From the NCBI GenBank assembly GCA_963771465.1, contig CAVYTU010000017.1, positions 928,001-992,000 of the forward strand: 64,000 bases of DNA. The letters are read 5' to 3'. A program made the position numbers and the translations under genes. The stretch comes from an uncultured delta proteobacterium (GTDB taxonomy: Bacteria; Desulfobacterota; Binatia; UBA9968). The number at the start of each line of letters is the position of its first letter. The stretch's first letter is position 1. Under the pieces are notes generated by a model that was not told the DNA's origin, ran no database searches, and was given only the letters and a program-made list of their open reading frames with translations. This document shows positions 28,180-38,839 of this stretch, in pieces.

Positions 28180-29223
28180 TTAGAAATCGCGGTCGATGAT
28201 TATCTGCACCAGAGTTTTGAGGCCGTTACGATAGAGCGATGGCGGCAGTTTCTTGATCGATTTAAGCGCTGCTTCGGCGTAGCGTTTAGAGAGCGCTTTG
28301 GCTTCTTGGATCGCCGGCCCATTTTTTATCGCATTCAAAGCCGCCCTGATTTGATCTTCCGTCGGCTGGCTGCAATCAAATGCTTCACAGACGGTGGCGT
28401 CGCCATTTTTCATGGCGAGAATGATCGGCAGCGCCGGATTACCGTCGCGTAGATCCATGCCCGTCGGCTTGCCGAGCAGGTCGGGATGGCCGACCACATC
28501 GAGAACATCGTCGACCATTTGGAAGGCGATGCCCATGTTGAGTCCGTAGCGCTCGGTTTCGTCGACTAATGCGGGGCTGGCGCCCGCGAGATAGGCGCCG
28601 ACTTTTGCGCCGGTGTGAAACAGCGAAGCGGTTTTTCGTTTAACGATCTCGACGTAATCGTCGAGAGTCACGCTGCGGTTTCGGTTAAAGTGGCCTTGCA
28701 ATATCTCACCCTCAGTGAGCAACGTGCAGGCGTCGGCGGTCCACTGGACTACGGTTTCGTCAAACTTACCGGCGAATTCGAATGCTTTAATAAAAAGAAA
28801 ATCGCCCGCGACCAAGGTCGATTTCATGCCGAACTTTTTAAATGCGGATTCTTTACCGCGGCGCGTATCGGCACCGTCGATAATGTCGTCGTGTAGCAAA
28901 GTGGCGGTGTGAATGAGCTCGATGGCGGTGGCGATGTCGACGATGTCGCTGATGTGTTTTCCACCAAAGGCGGCGTAGGCGAGCAGGGTGACCATCGGCC
29001 GCACCCGTTTGCCGCCGCCGTAAATCAGATGACCCGAAATGTCGGTCAGTTCCTGCTCGCGCGAGCGAATCGCTCGCACAAGATTCTCTTCGACGAGTTT
29101 GAGTTCGTCGCTGACGAAGCTAAACGGATCGTTGGCGCCTTGGAATAGTGGAATTTTACGATCGTGTTCCGCCGCCGGAACGGACTTAGCTTTGATCGTT
29201 TTAGATTTGCTTTCTGGAATCAG
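28180..29223 (-). CDS. Polyprenyl diphosphate synthase (IspB/HepT-like); start uncertain, possibly CTG/ATT
   Basis: GGKRVRP, IHTATLLHDDIID, AFQMVDDVLD, GKPTGMDL; frame is open ~48 codons upstream of the GTG at 29079. Confidence 0.9.
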   Translation of the reverse strand: MIPESKSKTIKAKSVPAAEHDRKIPLFQGANDPFSFVSDELKLVEENLVRAIRSREQELTDISGHLIYGGGKRVRPMVTLLAYAAFGGKHISDIVDIATAIELIHTATLLHDDIIDGADTRRGKESAFKKFGMKSTLVAGDFLFIKAFEFAGKFDETVVQWTADACTLLTEGEILQGHFNRNRSVTLDDYVEIVKRKTASLFHTGAKVGAYLAGASPALVDETERYGLNMGIAFQMVDDVLDVVGHPDLLGKPTGMDLRDGNPALPIILAMKNGDATVCEAFDCSQPTEDQIRAALNAIKNGPAIQEAKALSKRYAEAALKSIKKLPPSLYRNGLKTLVQIIIDRDF

Positions 29224-29458
29224 AGAGGCTCCGTCGGCTGGGAAAACTTTGGAGGCAAAATGTCATAGATCACCAGCGAGGTCAAGCTGATCTCACGCTC
29301 CGACGAGCGTGAGATACTCGCGGTGACAGCGTTTTAGAGCGAGAAACCGAGTTTTTTCCTTGACAATCTTGAGCCCCAACTAATATATAACGGCGAAGAG
29401 TTGCAATCGTTCAGGCGCTAACAATTCACGGGGTGTAGAGAAGGGAGCGGAGGTTAAT

Positions 29459-30166
29459 ATGGAATTTACATTATTTATTTTGCGGTGGATTCATTTCATG
29501 GCCGGTGTGACCTGGATCGGCATTCTTTATTATTTCAATTTCGTGCAGACGCCGTTCTTCGCGGAGACCGAAGCGCCTGTGCGTGTGGGCGCGATTCAAA
29601 AACTTGTGCCACGTGCTTTGTGGTGGTTTCGTTGGGGCGCGATGATTACGTTTCTCGCGGGTATCGCAATCTATGTGATCCGCATGGGTGAGATGGGCGG
29701 CGGGCTATTTTATTCATCCGCTTACGGCGTAACGATCACGGTTGGCGGTCTGATCGGAATTTTGATGTTCTTGAACGTATGGCTGGTCATTTGGCCCAAA
29801 CAGCAAATTGTCATGGCTTCGACAAATCAAGTTGCGTCTGGCGGACAAGCATTGCCGGAAGCGGCCGGCGCGGCACGGCGCGCGGCGTTGACTTCACGCA
29901 CCAACACGGTGTTCTCCATCCCGATGCTCTTTTATATGGGTGCCGCGAGTCATTACGGTTCGATGGTGGGAGCGTTGAATCCCGGCGGCGGTTCAAGAGG
30001 CTTTTTCTGGCTGCTGGTATTTGTCATCATCGCCGCAGTGGAGTGTAACGCGCTCATTGGCACACAGGGCTCAACCAAAGTGCCGTTGGATTCGGTAAAA
30101 GGCGCGCTTTGGTGTGGTTTTCTGATGACCGGTATTTTATTTCTGCTAACCCTCGGTCTCAGCTAA
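29459..30166 (+). CDS. Urate hydroxylase PuuD-like (Urate_ox_N) membrane protein
   Basis: LRWIHFMAGVTWIGILYYFN, LWWFRWGAMIT, MFLNVWLVIWPKQ, SRTNT. Confidence 0.75.
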   Translation: MEFTLFILRWIHFMAGVTWIGILYYFNFVQTPFFAETEAPVRVGAIQKLVPRALWWFRWGAMITFLAGIAIYVIRMGEMGGGLFYSSAYGVTITVGGLIGILMFLNVWLVIWPKQQIVMASTNQVASGGQALPEAAGAARRAALTSRTNTVFSIPMLFYMGAASHYGSMVGALNPGGGSRGFFWLLVFVIIAAVECNALIGTQGSTKVPLDSVKGALWCGFLMTGILFLLTLGLS

Positions 30167-30178
30167 GCACGAGGAGTG

Positions 30179-30532
30179 TTATTGAGCTAGATAAGCGGCT
30201 AAATACGGAATCTCGTCTTTTAAGAACGGGAACTGCGGCATCACCTTGGTCGGCCGTTTTGGTTTATAGTTAGGCGGGTAGCTGGTGCTTAGAACCCGTG
30301 CTTGGAGAAGTTCCCTTGAAGATCCTTTGATGGCAGGGCCGAGCGGTCCATCGCGCGATGGATCGTTGTTGTGGCAAGCGACACAGTTGGCCAGGTACAC
30401 GGCCCTGCCTTTTCCCACGTCGGGATTTCGCTTTGACGCGGCATCGTCGGCGTCATTCGAACAGGATGCCAGAAAAAAATAGATTCCCAGCAAAAGTGTT
30501 GATCGCTTAGTCGACCGCGTCATAGCCCGCAT
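30179..30532 (-). CDS. Mono-heme cytochrome c lipoprotein
   Basis: CVACH heme motif, MPQF distal Met, lipobox LASC. Confidence 0.88.
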   Translation of the reverse strand: MRAMTRSTKRSTLLLGIYFFLASCSNDADDAASKRNPDVGKGRAVYLANCVACHNNDPSRDGPLGPAIKGSSRELLQARVLSTSYPPNYKPKRPTKVMPQFPFLKDEIPYLAAYLAQ

Positions 30533-30779
30533 ACCTCGCTGCCGTTTACTCTTTAATATCGCTACTAAGGCCGAACGCTGGGCCGTATCGAAGTGAGATC
30601 ATTCGCGCCGCAAGCGTCTCGGTTGTATTTTTTGGTTCTCCGCCGCATTTTGAATTGATCTGAATGCCAGCGTTGATAGCGGGTCCGAGTTGGCGCGAAG
30701 TTGCTTCAAACATGGAGGGAAAGGAGTCGGTCGAGGTTAGAGAATCTGAGATTTGTATGCTAACTAATGATTGATGACT

Positions 30780-30866
30780 TGGTGCGAAAGGGGGGAATCG
30801 AACCCCCACGGCTGTTACCCCACAGGATTCTGAGTCCTGCGCGTCTACCAATTCCGCCACTTTCGC
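30780..30866 (-). tRNA. tRNA-Leu (CAG)
   Basis: GCGAAAGTGGCGGAATTGGTAGACGCGCAGGACTCAGAATCCTG...GGTTCGATTCCCCCCTTTCGCACCA with long variable arm. Confidence 0.95.
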
Positions 30867-30892
30867 GCAGTATAACCGACCAGCGAGTCACT

Positions 30893-30921
30893 TTTGTAAC
30901 TTGGGGTCGGCCCCTTGTCAA
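30893..30921 (-). promoter_or_regulatory. Promoter of tRNA-Leu
   Basis: TTGACA-N17-TACAAA. Confidence 0.5.
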
Positions 30922-30946
30922 GGTGAGCCGGAGGTTTTACGGTGGC

Positions 30947-31456
30947 ATGACTCGTATTTTATTAATCGAACCTGATCGAATGTTGCAACACGCGTTTACC
31001 ATGGCGCTTTTTCCTGAGCATCAGGCGAAAGTCGCGTATTCGATTCCCGAGTCGACACCGGAGGAGTCCGATTTATTAATTGTCGACGCCGTCGCGTTGC
31101 AAAGCCGAGAGGCGATCTCAGCACAGCAATTACGACTTCTTGCCGCATGGAAGTTGCCAATGATTTGGATCGGCGGCAATCAATTAATTCCAGCGGCGAT
31201 TCGTGACCAGGTCGTGGGCATCGAGCCGCCGCTGATGAAGGAAGGCTTGCAGCGCGCGTTAGTGGAGTGCTTGGGAAAAACCGCGATTCCGAAGCGCGAT
31301 GGCGATGCGGCGGCACGCCGAGGTGAAACACGCGCGGTCGCCAAGCCAAGAGCGATGCGCAAGACTCATGCTGCGCCGAGCGACAGCGGCAAATTCATCG
31401 AGCTCGTCGATGTCGTCGAGGAAGTTTCCGCGAGCGAAAATCTGCAAGCCAAATAA
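30947..31456 (+). CDS. Receiver-like (pseudo-REC) domain protein
   Basis: MTRILLIEPD, DLLIVD; C-terminal IELVDVVEE. Confidence 0.6.
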   Translation: MTRILLIEPDRMLQHAFTMALFPEHQAKVAYSIPESTPEESDLLIVDAVALQSREAISAQQLRLLAAWKLPMIWIGGNQLIPAAIRDQVVGIEPPLMKEGLQRALVECLGKTAIPKRDGDAAARRGETRAVAKPRAMRKTHAAPSDSGKFIELVDVVEEVSASENLQAK

Positions 31457-31469
31457 TTAGCAGTGCGTT

Positions 31470-34223
31470 ATGCAATTATCGAAAGCTTATAGCCACCGGG
31501 AGATCGAGCAAAAGTGGTATGCCCATTGGGTGAACTCCCGGTTGTTCGAGCCGGCGCGAAACGCCGCCGACTATTTTTCCATCGTCATCCCACCGCCCAA
31601 TGTCACCGGTTCGCTGCATATGGGGCACGCGCTCAACAACACGCTGCAAGACATTCTCTGCCGCTACCAGCGTATGGACGGCAAGCGTGTTCTTTGGGTG
31701 CCCGGCACCGATCACGCCGGCATCGCGACCCAAAATGTCGTCGAACGTCAGCTCGCGCAAAAGGGTACGAGTCGCGCGCAATTGGGACGCGAGCAATTCA
31801 TCGAAAAAGTCTGGCAGTGGAAAGAGGAAGCCGGTAACGCGATCTTACATCAGCTCAAAGCGCTGGGAGTTTCCTGCGACTGGAGTCGTCAGCGCTTCAC
31901 CATGGACGAAGGTCTATCGCGCGCGGTGCGCGAGGCGTTCGTCCAACTTTGGGAAGATAAGCTGCTCTATCGGGCGCAAAGGTTGATCAACTGGTGTCCG
32001 CGCTGCAAAACCGCGCTTGCCGATATCGAAGTAGTGCACGAAGATACCGACGGCAGCCTTTGGCATATTCGCTATCCGCTAGCCGACGATGGGTCACAGG
32101 CTCTCATCGTCGCGACCACTCGGCCGGAAACCATGCTTGGCGATAGCGCCGTTGCCGTTCATCCCGACGACCAGCGTTACAAAGAATTCGTCGGCAAAAA
32201 AATTCGTTTGCCGATCACCGGCCGAATCGTGACATTAATCGCCGATTCGTTCGTTGACCGCGAGTTCGGCACCGGCGCGCTCAAGATCACGCCAGGGCAT
32301 GACTTCAACGATTTCGACATTGGCGAGCGGTTTCATCTCGACAAGATCAGTATTTTCGACGCGGATGCGCGGATTGACGCAAGCGCATTTTCGGCCCGCG
32401 GTGAGAGTGGCGATTGGATTGAGCGCTACGGCGGCAGGGACCGTTTCGAGGCGCGCAAACTCGTGGTCGCCGAATTGAACGAGAACGGCTTTCTCGTCAA
32501 GACCGAGGCGCACAAGCTATCCGTTGGGCGCTGCTATCGCTGCCAGACGGTGATTGAGCCGTATCTCACGCCGCAGTGGTTTGTCGACATCAAACCGCTC
32601 GCCGAGCCGGCGATGCAGGTCGTGCGCGACGGCCGGATCAAGATTGTCCCGGAAGGTTGGAGCAACTCTTATTTTGCCTGGATGGAAAACATCAAGGACT
32701 GGTGCATCTCGCGGCAGATTTGGTGGGGTCACCAGATTCCAGCCTGGTACTGTAAAAGTTGCGACGGCGCGAATCTTATCGTCGCAGCAGACGGCGGCTA
32801 CTCGCTCACCAAAGACGCCCAGCCGATCGTCGGACGCCAACGGCCGGGAAGTTGTCCTCAGTGCGGCAGCAAAGAACTGCTACAAGATCCCGACGTGCTC
32901 GATACCTGGTTTTCTTCCGGTCTCTGGCCGTTTTCCACGCTTGGCTGGCCGGAACGCACCGAGGACTTAAAAACTTTCTACCCGACTTCGACTTTGGTGA
33001 CCGGCTTCGACATTCTTTTTTTCTGGGTCGCGCGCATGATCATGATGGGACTCAAGTTCATGGGCGATGTGCCGTTTCGCGATGTCTATATTCATGCGCT
33101 GGTGCGCGACGAGCAGGGCCAGAAAATGTCCAAGTCCAAAGGCAACGTCATCGATCCGCTGGAGATTATGAGCAGGTATGGCACCGATGCGTTTCGCTTC
33201 ACGCTCACCGCGATGGCGGCCATGGGCCGCGACATCAAGCTCGCCGAAGAGCGTATCGGCGGTTATCAGAATTTCGTCAATAAATTGTGGAACGCGGCGC
33301 GCTTCGTGCAGATGAATCTAGGCGATTCCGCTGACGCACGACCCAGCGGTCAAAGCCGACTCGCCGCCAACGATCTTGCACTGGCCGACAGCTGGATTCG
33401 TTCGCGTCTGGCATCGACCATCCGCGATGCTCGTGAAGCGGTCGAAGCTTATCGATTTAACGATTACGCCAATGTCTTGTATCAGTTCACCTGGCATGAG
33501 TTCTGCGACTGGTATATCGAGATGAGCAAGCTTTCGCTCAACGGTGTCAACGCCAATCAAGCAGGCGAATGCCGGCAATTGCTGCGCGAGCTGTTAGAGC
33601 AGATTCTTTTGCTGCTTCATCCGATCATGCCGTATGTCACTGAAGAAATCTGGCAGGTGCTCGGCGAAGAGCGTCCGAGCATCATGGTCGAACCCTATCC
33701 CAAGCTCGAGGCTGCTTGGATCGATGCCGGCTGTGAGAAGCAAATGAACTTTTTGATGGGCGTCATTCGCGCCGTCAGAAATCTCCGCACCGAGCTCAAC
33801 TGCCCGCCGGGGAAGGAAGTCAAAGTGATTTTTTGTGGCCGGGATACCGACCTCAACTTTCTGCGTGAACAGCAGCGTTATCTGCGCGCTTTGGCGCGGG
33901 TCGGAGCGTCCGATTATCGTTCAACCGGAGATCGGCCCAAGGGAGCGGCCACAGCCGTGGTCGACGCCACGGAAATCTATTTGCCGCTTGATGACCTGAT
34001 CAATCTCGACGATGAGCGGGCGCGTCTGAGCAAGGAAATTGGCAAAGTTGAGGATGAAATGCAGCGCGTTCGAAAGAAGTTGGGTAATAACGACTTCATC
34101 GCCAAGGCCAAGGAAGAAGTGATTCAAAAGGAGCGCGACAAGGCGGTTCAGTTCGAAGAGAAAATGCGCACGCTGCGCACCAACCTGGAGAAAATCGCGG
34201 AAATTCAAGCCGGAAAGGAATAG
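31470..34223 (+). CDS. valS: Valine--tRNA ligase
   Basis: PPPNVTGSLHMGH, DWCISRQIWWGH, KMSKS. Confidence 0.98.
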   Translation: MQLSKAYSHREIEQKWYAHWVNSRLFEPARNAADYFSIVIPPPNVTGSLHMGHALNNTLQDILCRYQRMDGKRVLWVPGTDHAGIATQNVVERQLAQKGTSRAQLGREQFIEKVWQWKEEAGNAILHQLKALGVSCDWSRQRFTMDEGLSRAVREAFVQLWEDKLLYRAQRLINWCPRCKTALADIEVVHEDTDGSLWHIRYPLADDGSQALIVATTRPETMLGDSAVAVHPDDQRYKEFVGKKIRLPITGRIVTLIADSFVDREFGTGALKITPGHDFNDFDIGERFHLDKISIFDADARIDASAFSARGESGDWIERYGGRDRFEARKLVVAELNENGFLVKTEAHKLSVGRCYRCQTVIEPYLTPQWFVDIKPLAEPAMQVVRDGRIKIVPEGWSNSYFAWMENIKDWCISRQIWWGHQIPAWYCKSCDGANLIVAADGGYSLTKDAQPIVGRQRPGSCPQCGSKELLQDPDVLDTWFSSGLWPFSTLGWPERTEDLKTFYPTSTLVTGFDILFFWVARMIMMGLKFMGDVPFRDVYIHALVRDEQGQKMSKSKGNVIDPLEIMSRYGTDAFRFTLTAMAAMGRDIKLAEERIGGYQNFVNKLWNAARFVQMNLGDSADARPSGQSRLAANDLALADSWIRSRLASTIRDAREAVEAYRFNDYANVLYQFTWHEFCDWYIEMSKLSLNGVNANQAGECRQLLRELLEQILLLLHPIMPYVTEEIWQVLGEERPSIMVEPYPKLEAAWIDAGCEKQMNFLMGVIRAVRNLRTELNCPPGKEVKVIFCGRDTDLNFLREQQRYLRALARVGASDYRSTGDRPKGAATAVVDATEIYLPLDDLINLDDERARLSKEIGKVEDEMQRVRKKLGNNDFIAKAKEEVIQKERDKAVQFEEKMRTLRTNLEKIAEIQAGKE

Positions 34224-34226
34224 ACG

Positions 34227-35078
34227 ATGGATATTCACGTCAGTCCGCAGATCGAACGTTTGATTCGCGATTCATTGGACGAGGACATCGGCGCCGGCGA
34301 CCTGGCGACTATGGCGACCGTCGCCGCCGAGGCGCAAGGTAAGGGATTATTTCGCGCCAAGAAAGACGGCGTGGTAGCCGGCTTAGTCTTGCTTGAGCGA
34401 ATTTTCTATTTCATCGATCACAGAATACAGGTTCGCTTGCTGACCAAGGACGGTACGGCGGTAGCGAACGGAACGGTGGTCGCTGAAGCGGTGGGACCAG
34501 TTCGCGCTTTATTATTAGCCGAGCGCACGGCGTTGAATTTTTTGCAACGCTTGTCGGGCACCGCGACCTTGACGCGCAAATTAGTTGACGCGGTCAAAGA
34601 TTTTCCCTGCAAAGTTCTCGATACGCGAAAGACGACGCCAGGACTTCGGACGTTAGAGAAATACGCCGTGCGCATGGGCGGCGGCATGAATCATCGGATT
34701 GGTTTGTACGACGCCGCTCTGGTCAAAGACAATCATATCGAAGCGACCGGCTCGATTGCCGATGCGGTCCAAGCGGTGCGCCGCCATGCGCCGTTCATGG
34801 CCAAAGTCGAAGTCGAAGCCGGCAACCTGAAGCAAGTTCAAGAGGCGATCGACGCCGGCGCCGACGTCATCATGCTCGATAACATGACCTTGGCGCAGAT
34901 GGCGGAAGCCGTAAAACTCGTCAATAAGCGCGCTTGGGTCGAAGCTTCGGGCGGTATTACGCTCGATTCGATTCGCAAAGTCGCCGAGACCGGCGTTGAT
35001 TTTATTTCCTCCGGCGCGCTGACTCACTCGGCGCCGGTGGTCGACTTCAACATGAAGATCACGATGAATGTCGCCTAA
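34227..35078 (+). CDS. nadC: Nicotinate-nucleotide diphosphorylase (carboxylating)
   Basis: ERTALN, DTRKTTPG, KDNH, EASGGIT. Confidence 0.96.
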   Translation: MDIHVSPQIERLIRDSLDEDIGAGDLATMATVAAEAQGKGLFRAKKDGVVAGLVLLERIFYFIDHRIQVRLLTKDGTAVANGTVVAEAVGPVRALLLAERTALNFLQRLSGTATLTRKLVDAVKDFPCKVLDTRKTTPGLRTLEKYAVRMGGGMNHRIGLYDAALVKDNHIEATGSIADAVQAVRRHAPFMAKVEVEAGNLKQVQEAIDAGADVIMLDNMTLAQMAEAVKLVNKRAWVEASGGITLDSIRKVAETGVDFISSGALTHSAPVVDFNMKITMNVA

Positions 35079-35886
35079 CGATCCGCTTCAAGGCGCGGCC
35101 TGGTCGATGGATGAATTGCGTCACGGCCTGGCGCTCAAAAGACTCGGTAGCGGGTTTCATTATTTCGCCGAGATCGATTCGACGAACACTTACGCCCGTC
35201 AGCTCGCCGAAAACGGCGCGAGCGAAGGCGAGATCGTTATCGCCGAGGCGCAAACTCAAGGACGCGGCCGACTCGGCCGCCGCTGGCAGTCGCCGCCATT
35301 CGCCAATCTTTATTTCTCGGTAATACTCCGCCCTCAGCTCCCGCCGATGCGGGCGCCGCAAATCACTTTGACGGCCGCCGTGGCTTTGGCTGAAACCGTG
35401 GCTTCGTTCATCGCTCAACCCGCCACGATCAAATGGCCCAACGACATTCTCGTCGACGGCAGGAAATTGGCGGGCATTCTCACTGAAGCCTCATGCGACC
35501 CGAATAAAATAAAATTCGTCATTCTTGGCATCGGCGTGAACTTGAACTATCGCGTCGCGACAATGCCGGAGGAGATTCGCGCCCACGCCACTTCGATGGC
35601 CGAATTAACCGGCAGTTCGATTCACCGTGAAAGCTTTCTCAGACGATTGATTCAAGGCCTTGACCGGTGCTATGGAGAGCTTGACGAGTTCGGCTTTGCC
35701 GGGCTGGCGCCGCGTTGGGAAGCGCACTTTGGATTGCGCGATAAGCGGGTGCGAGTAGAGCTGCTCGACCAGATCGTTACCGGACGGGCGCTAGGCATCG
35801 ATGAGGACGGCGCGCTGCTGATTGAAGATGACCGGGGGACACGTCAAAGAGTGCTCGCCGGCGATGTGATTCCAGTGGAGAGTTGA
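35068..35886 (+). CDS. birA: Biotin--[acetyl-CoA-carboxylase] ligase
   Basis: [27 protein letters not shown]. Confidence 0.95.
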   Translation: MSPNDPLQGAAWSMDELRHGLALKRLGSGFHYFAEIDSTNTYARQLAENGASEGEIVIAEAQTQGRGRLGRRWQSPPFANLYFSVILRPQLPPMRAPQITLTAAVALAETVASFIAQPATIKWPNDILVDGRKLAGILTEASCDPNKIKFVILGIGVNLNYRVATMPEEIRAHATSMAELTGSSIHRESFLRRLIQGLDRCYGELDEFGFAGLAPRWEAHFGLRDKRVRVELLDQIVTGRALGIDEDGALLIEDDRGTRQRVLAGDVIPVES

Positions 35887-35897
35887 TACCAAGTTCC

Positions 35898-36692
35898 ATG
35901 CTTTTGGCCATCGATATCGGCAATACCAACATCGTCCTGGGGCTGTACCAGGACAAACAGTTGATCACCCATTGGCGTTTGGCGACCCAAGCCGAGCGCA
36001 CCGCCGATGAGTATGGCGTCATCATTACCCAGCTCGTTACCTACGCCGGTTTCACGGTCGATCAAATCCATGCCATTGTCGTCTCCTGCGTCGTGCCACC
36101 GATGTTGACGACGACCCAGGAGTTGGCGCAGAAGTTTTTCAAGCTCGAGCCGCTGATCGTCGGACCCGGTATCAAGACCGGCATGCCGATTCTCTATGAG
36201 AGTCCCAAGGATGTCGGCGCCGACCGCATTGTCAACGGCATTGCCGCCTACGAAAAATATCGCGACAGTTGCATCATCGTCGATTTCGGTACGGCGACGA
36301 CCATTGATCTGATTTCTAAAAAAGGCGAGTACGTCGGCGGCGCCATCGCGCCGGGCTTGTCGATCTCGCTCGAAGCCTTGGTGCAGCGGGCGTCGAAATT
36401 GCCGCGCATCGAAATCGTCAAGCCCAAAGAAGTGGTCGGGCGCAACACGGTCAATTCGATCCAAGCTGGGATTTTTTTCGGTTACGTCGGTTTGGTCGAT
36501 GGCATCGTGCGGCGAATTCAAAAAGAACAAAACGTGCACGCAAAGGTCGTCGCCACGGGCGGATTGGCGCCGTTGGTTGCCGCGGAATGCAGCAGCATCC
36601 ATGAGGTGGATGAGTTTTTAACCCTCGAAGGGTTGCGTATCATCCACGAACGAAATTCACTCCAAGAGGTAAAAATCAGAGCACAGAGTTAA
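35898..36692 (+). CDS. coaX: Type III pantothenate kinase
   Basis: IDIGNTN, VGADR, DFGTATT, ATGG, LTLEGL. Confidence 0.95.
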   Translation: MLLAIDIGNTNIVLGLYQDKQLITHWRLATQAERTADEYGVIITQLVTYAGFTVDQIHAIVVSCVVPPMLTTTQELAQKFFKLEPLIVGPGIKTGMPILYESPKDVGADRIVNGIAAYEKYRDSCIIVDFGTATTIDLISKKGEYVGGAIAPGLSISLEALVQRASKLPRIEIVKPKEVVGRNTVNSIQAGIFFGYVGLVDGIVRRIQKEQNVHAKVVATGGLAPLVAAECSSIHEVDEFLTLEGLRIIHERNSLQEVKIRAQS

Positions 36693-36716
36693 TTTTTTAA
36701 GGAGGAACCGATTGTC

Positions 36717-38828
36717 ATGGCTGTAACGGAGCTCGATAAACTTCGTAACGTCGGCATACTAGGTCATGGGGGTTCAGGCAAAACCTCCGTGGGCGAGGCG
36801 ATGTTGTTTGCGGCGGGGGCGACCCAGCGGCTGGGCAAGGTTCAAGACGGCACATCAGTGCTGGATCATGAACCCGAAGAGATCAAGCATCGTGTGTCGA
36901 TCTCGACGGCGTTTCACTCCTTATCCTGGAACAAATTTCCGATCACGTTGATCGACACGCCGGGTTACGCCGCGTTCTTGGCCGATTCGATTTTTTGCAT
37001 GCGCGGTTTTCCCACCGCCGTCTTCGTACTCAATCCGGCGGTGGGCTTGCGCGTCGAGTCCGAGCGTCTATGGGCGAAAGCCAATGAAGACGGTGTCAGC
37101 CGGTTGCTGTTTGTCAGCAAGATGGACCATGAACAGGCCAACGTGCACGAGCGTATCGCGCCGATGCTCGAAACTTTGGAAGCCAAAGGCGTTTATCTGC
37201 AAATGCCGATCGGCGTGGAAGCCGAGTTCAAAGGCGTGGTCGATCTGTTGACCATGAAGGCATATGTCTACAGCGGCGATTCGGGAAAATTCACCGAAAG
37301 CGAAATCCCCGCCGACTTGAAGGACAGCGCTGAGGAATGGCGCCAAAAAATGGTTGAAGATGTGTCCGAGACCAACGACGAACTCTTAGAAAAGTTTCTC
37401 GACGGCCAAGAGATGTCGGTGGACGATCTTAAACAAGCGATCCGCGCCGCAACCCGAGAGCGAAAAATTTATCCCATCTTGTTTGGCGCGCCGCTGCGCC
37501 AAATCGGCGTTGTCCAACTACTCAATGCGGTCACCGATTATCTGCCGTCGCCGCTTGAGGCGGGCGTCGCCGAGGGGCAGAACCCGGTCAACGGTGAACC
37601 GGTGAAGCGCGCTGCGGATCCCAACGGGCCGTTCTCAGCTTATGTTTTTAAAACCCTCATCGATCCCTTCGCCGGCAAGCTTTCGATCATGCGCGTGATG
37701 TCCGGTAAGATCGTATCCGACATGCCCTGTTACGTGGCAAGCCGCCAGGTACGGGAAAAAGTCGGTCACCTGTTTCGCCTCGAGGGCAAAAAACAAGAGA
37801 CGGTAAAGGAAGCGTTGGCCGGCGAGATCGTCGCAGCGGCGAAGTTCAAAGACATCGCCACGGGTGATACGCTTTGCGACGAAAAGACGCCGATTCGATA
37901 CCAAGACCCGATCCATTTCTCACCGAATATCTCGTTTGCCTTGGAGCCCAAGAGTAAAGCTGACGAGGATAAGTTGCCCCAAGGGCTGCATCGCATGAAG
38001 GAAGAAGATCACACTATCGAGCTGCACCGCGACGAGGAAACCAGAGATTTTATTTTGTCGGGTATGGGCCAGCAGCATATCGAAATCGTTGTCGAGAAAT
38101 TGAAACGTAAATACGGCGCTGAGGTCGTGCTTAAAGCGCCCAAGGTGCCCTACAAAGAAACCATTCGCGGCAGCGCCAGCGCTCAAGGGCGGCAAAAAAA
38201 GCAGACCGGCGGTCATGGCCAGTTCGGCGATACCTGGATCAAAGTCGAACCTCTGCCCCATGGCGGCGGATTTGAGTTCGTCGACAAAATCGTCGGCGGC
38301 GCGATTCCGAAAAATTATATTCCGGCGGTGGAGAAGGGGATTCGAGATGCGATGGCGGGCGGTTACCTGGCCGGCTATCCGATGGTGGATGTCCGGGCGA
38401 CGCTTTACGACGGCTCCTATCATGATGTCGATTCCTCAGATATGGCGTTTAAGATCGCCGCGTCGATGGGATTCAAAAACGCCGTGGAAAAGGCCAAGCC
38501 GATTTTGCTCGAACCGATGATGAACATGGAAGTGTCGGTACCGGATGAATGCTTGGGCGATGTGATCGGCGATCTCAATAGCCGGCGCGGCAAGGTGCTC
38601 GGCATGGACACCAAGGGCCATATTCAAGTGATCAAGTCAAAAGTGCCCATGGCCGAAGTATTGAAATACGCCCAAGATCTTCGTTCGATCACGAGCGGAC
38701 GCGGCGAGTTCCATATGGAGTTCTCGCACTACGACGAGCTGCCGGCGCATTTGGCGGAAAAGGTAATCAAGGAAGCCAAGGCGCGCAAGGCGGGGGAGCC
38801 GGAAGGGGAACACAAGGCGCATGGGTAG
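36717..38828 (+). CDS. fusA2: Elongation factor G-like protein (EF-G2)
   Basis: GHGGSGKT, DTPGY, KKQTGGHGQFG, GSYHDVDSSDMAF; outside the str operon, divergent switch I. Confidence 0.9.
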   Translation: MAVTELDKLRNVGILGHGGSGKTSVGEAMLFAAGATQRLGKVQDGTSVLDHEPEEIKHRVSISTAFHSLSWNKFPITLIDTPGYAAFLADSIFCMRGFPTAVFVLNPAVGLRVESERLWAKANEDGVSRLLFVSKMDHEQANVHERIAPMLETLEAKGVYLQMPIGVEAEFKGVVDLLTMKAYVYSGDSGKFTESEIPADLKDSAEEWRQKMVEDVSETNDELLEKFLDGQEMSVDDLKQAIRAATRERKIYPILFGAPLRQIGVVQLLNAVTDYLPSPLEAGVAEGQNPVNGEPVKRAADPNGPFSAYVFKTLIDPFAGKLSIMRVMSGKIVSDMPCYVASRQVREKVGHLFRLEGKKQETVKEALAGEIVAAAKFKDIATGDTLCDEKTPIRYQDPIHFSPNISFALEPKSKADEDKLPQGLHRMKEEDHTIELHRDEETRDFILSGMGQQHIEIVVEKLKRKYGAEVVLKAPKVPYKETIRGSASAQGRQKKQTGGHGQFGDTWIKVEPLPHGGGFEFVDKIVGGAIPKNYIPAVEKGIRDAMAGGYLAGYPMVDVRATLYDGSYHDVDSSDMAFKIAASMGFKNAVEKAKPILLEPMMNMEVSVPDECLGDVIGDLNSRRGKVLGMDTKGHIQVIKSKVPMAEVLKYAQDLRSITSGRGEFHMEFSHYDELPAHLAEKVIKEAKARKAGEPEGEHKAHG

Positions 38829-38839
38829 GGGCCGATAAC

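Noticed and set aside
30700-30866. Island integrated at tRNA-Leu
   Set aside because: No duplicated tRNA 3' end or integrase seen downstream.
30546-30946. ORF 30546-30860 (-) and the 5' extension of ORF 30767-31456 (+)
   Set aside because: They overlap tRNA-Leu and translate tRNA sequence; the real start is likely 30947.
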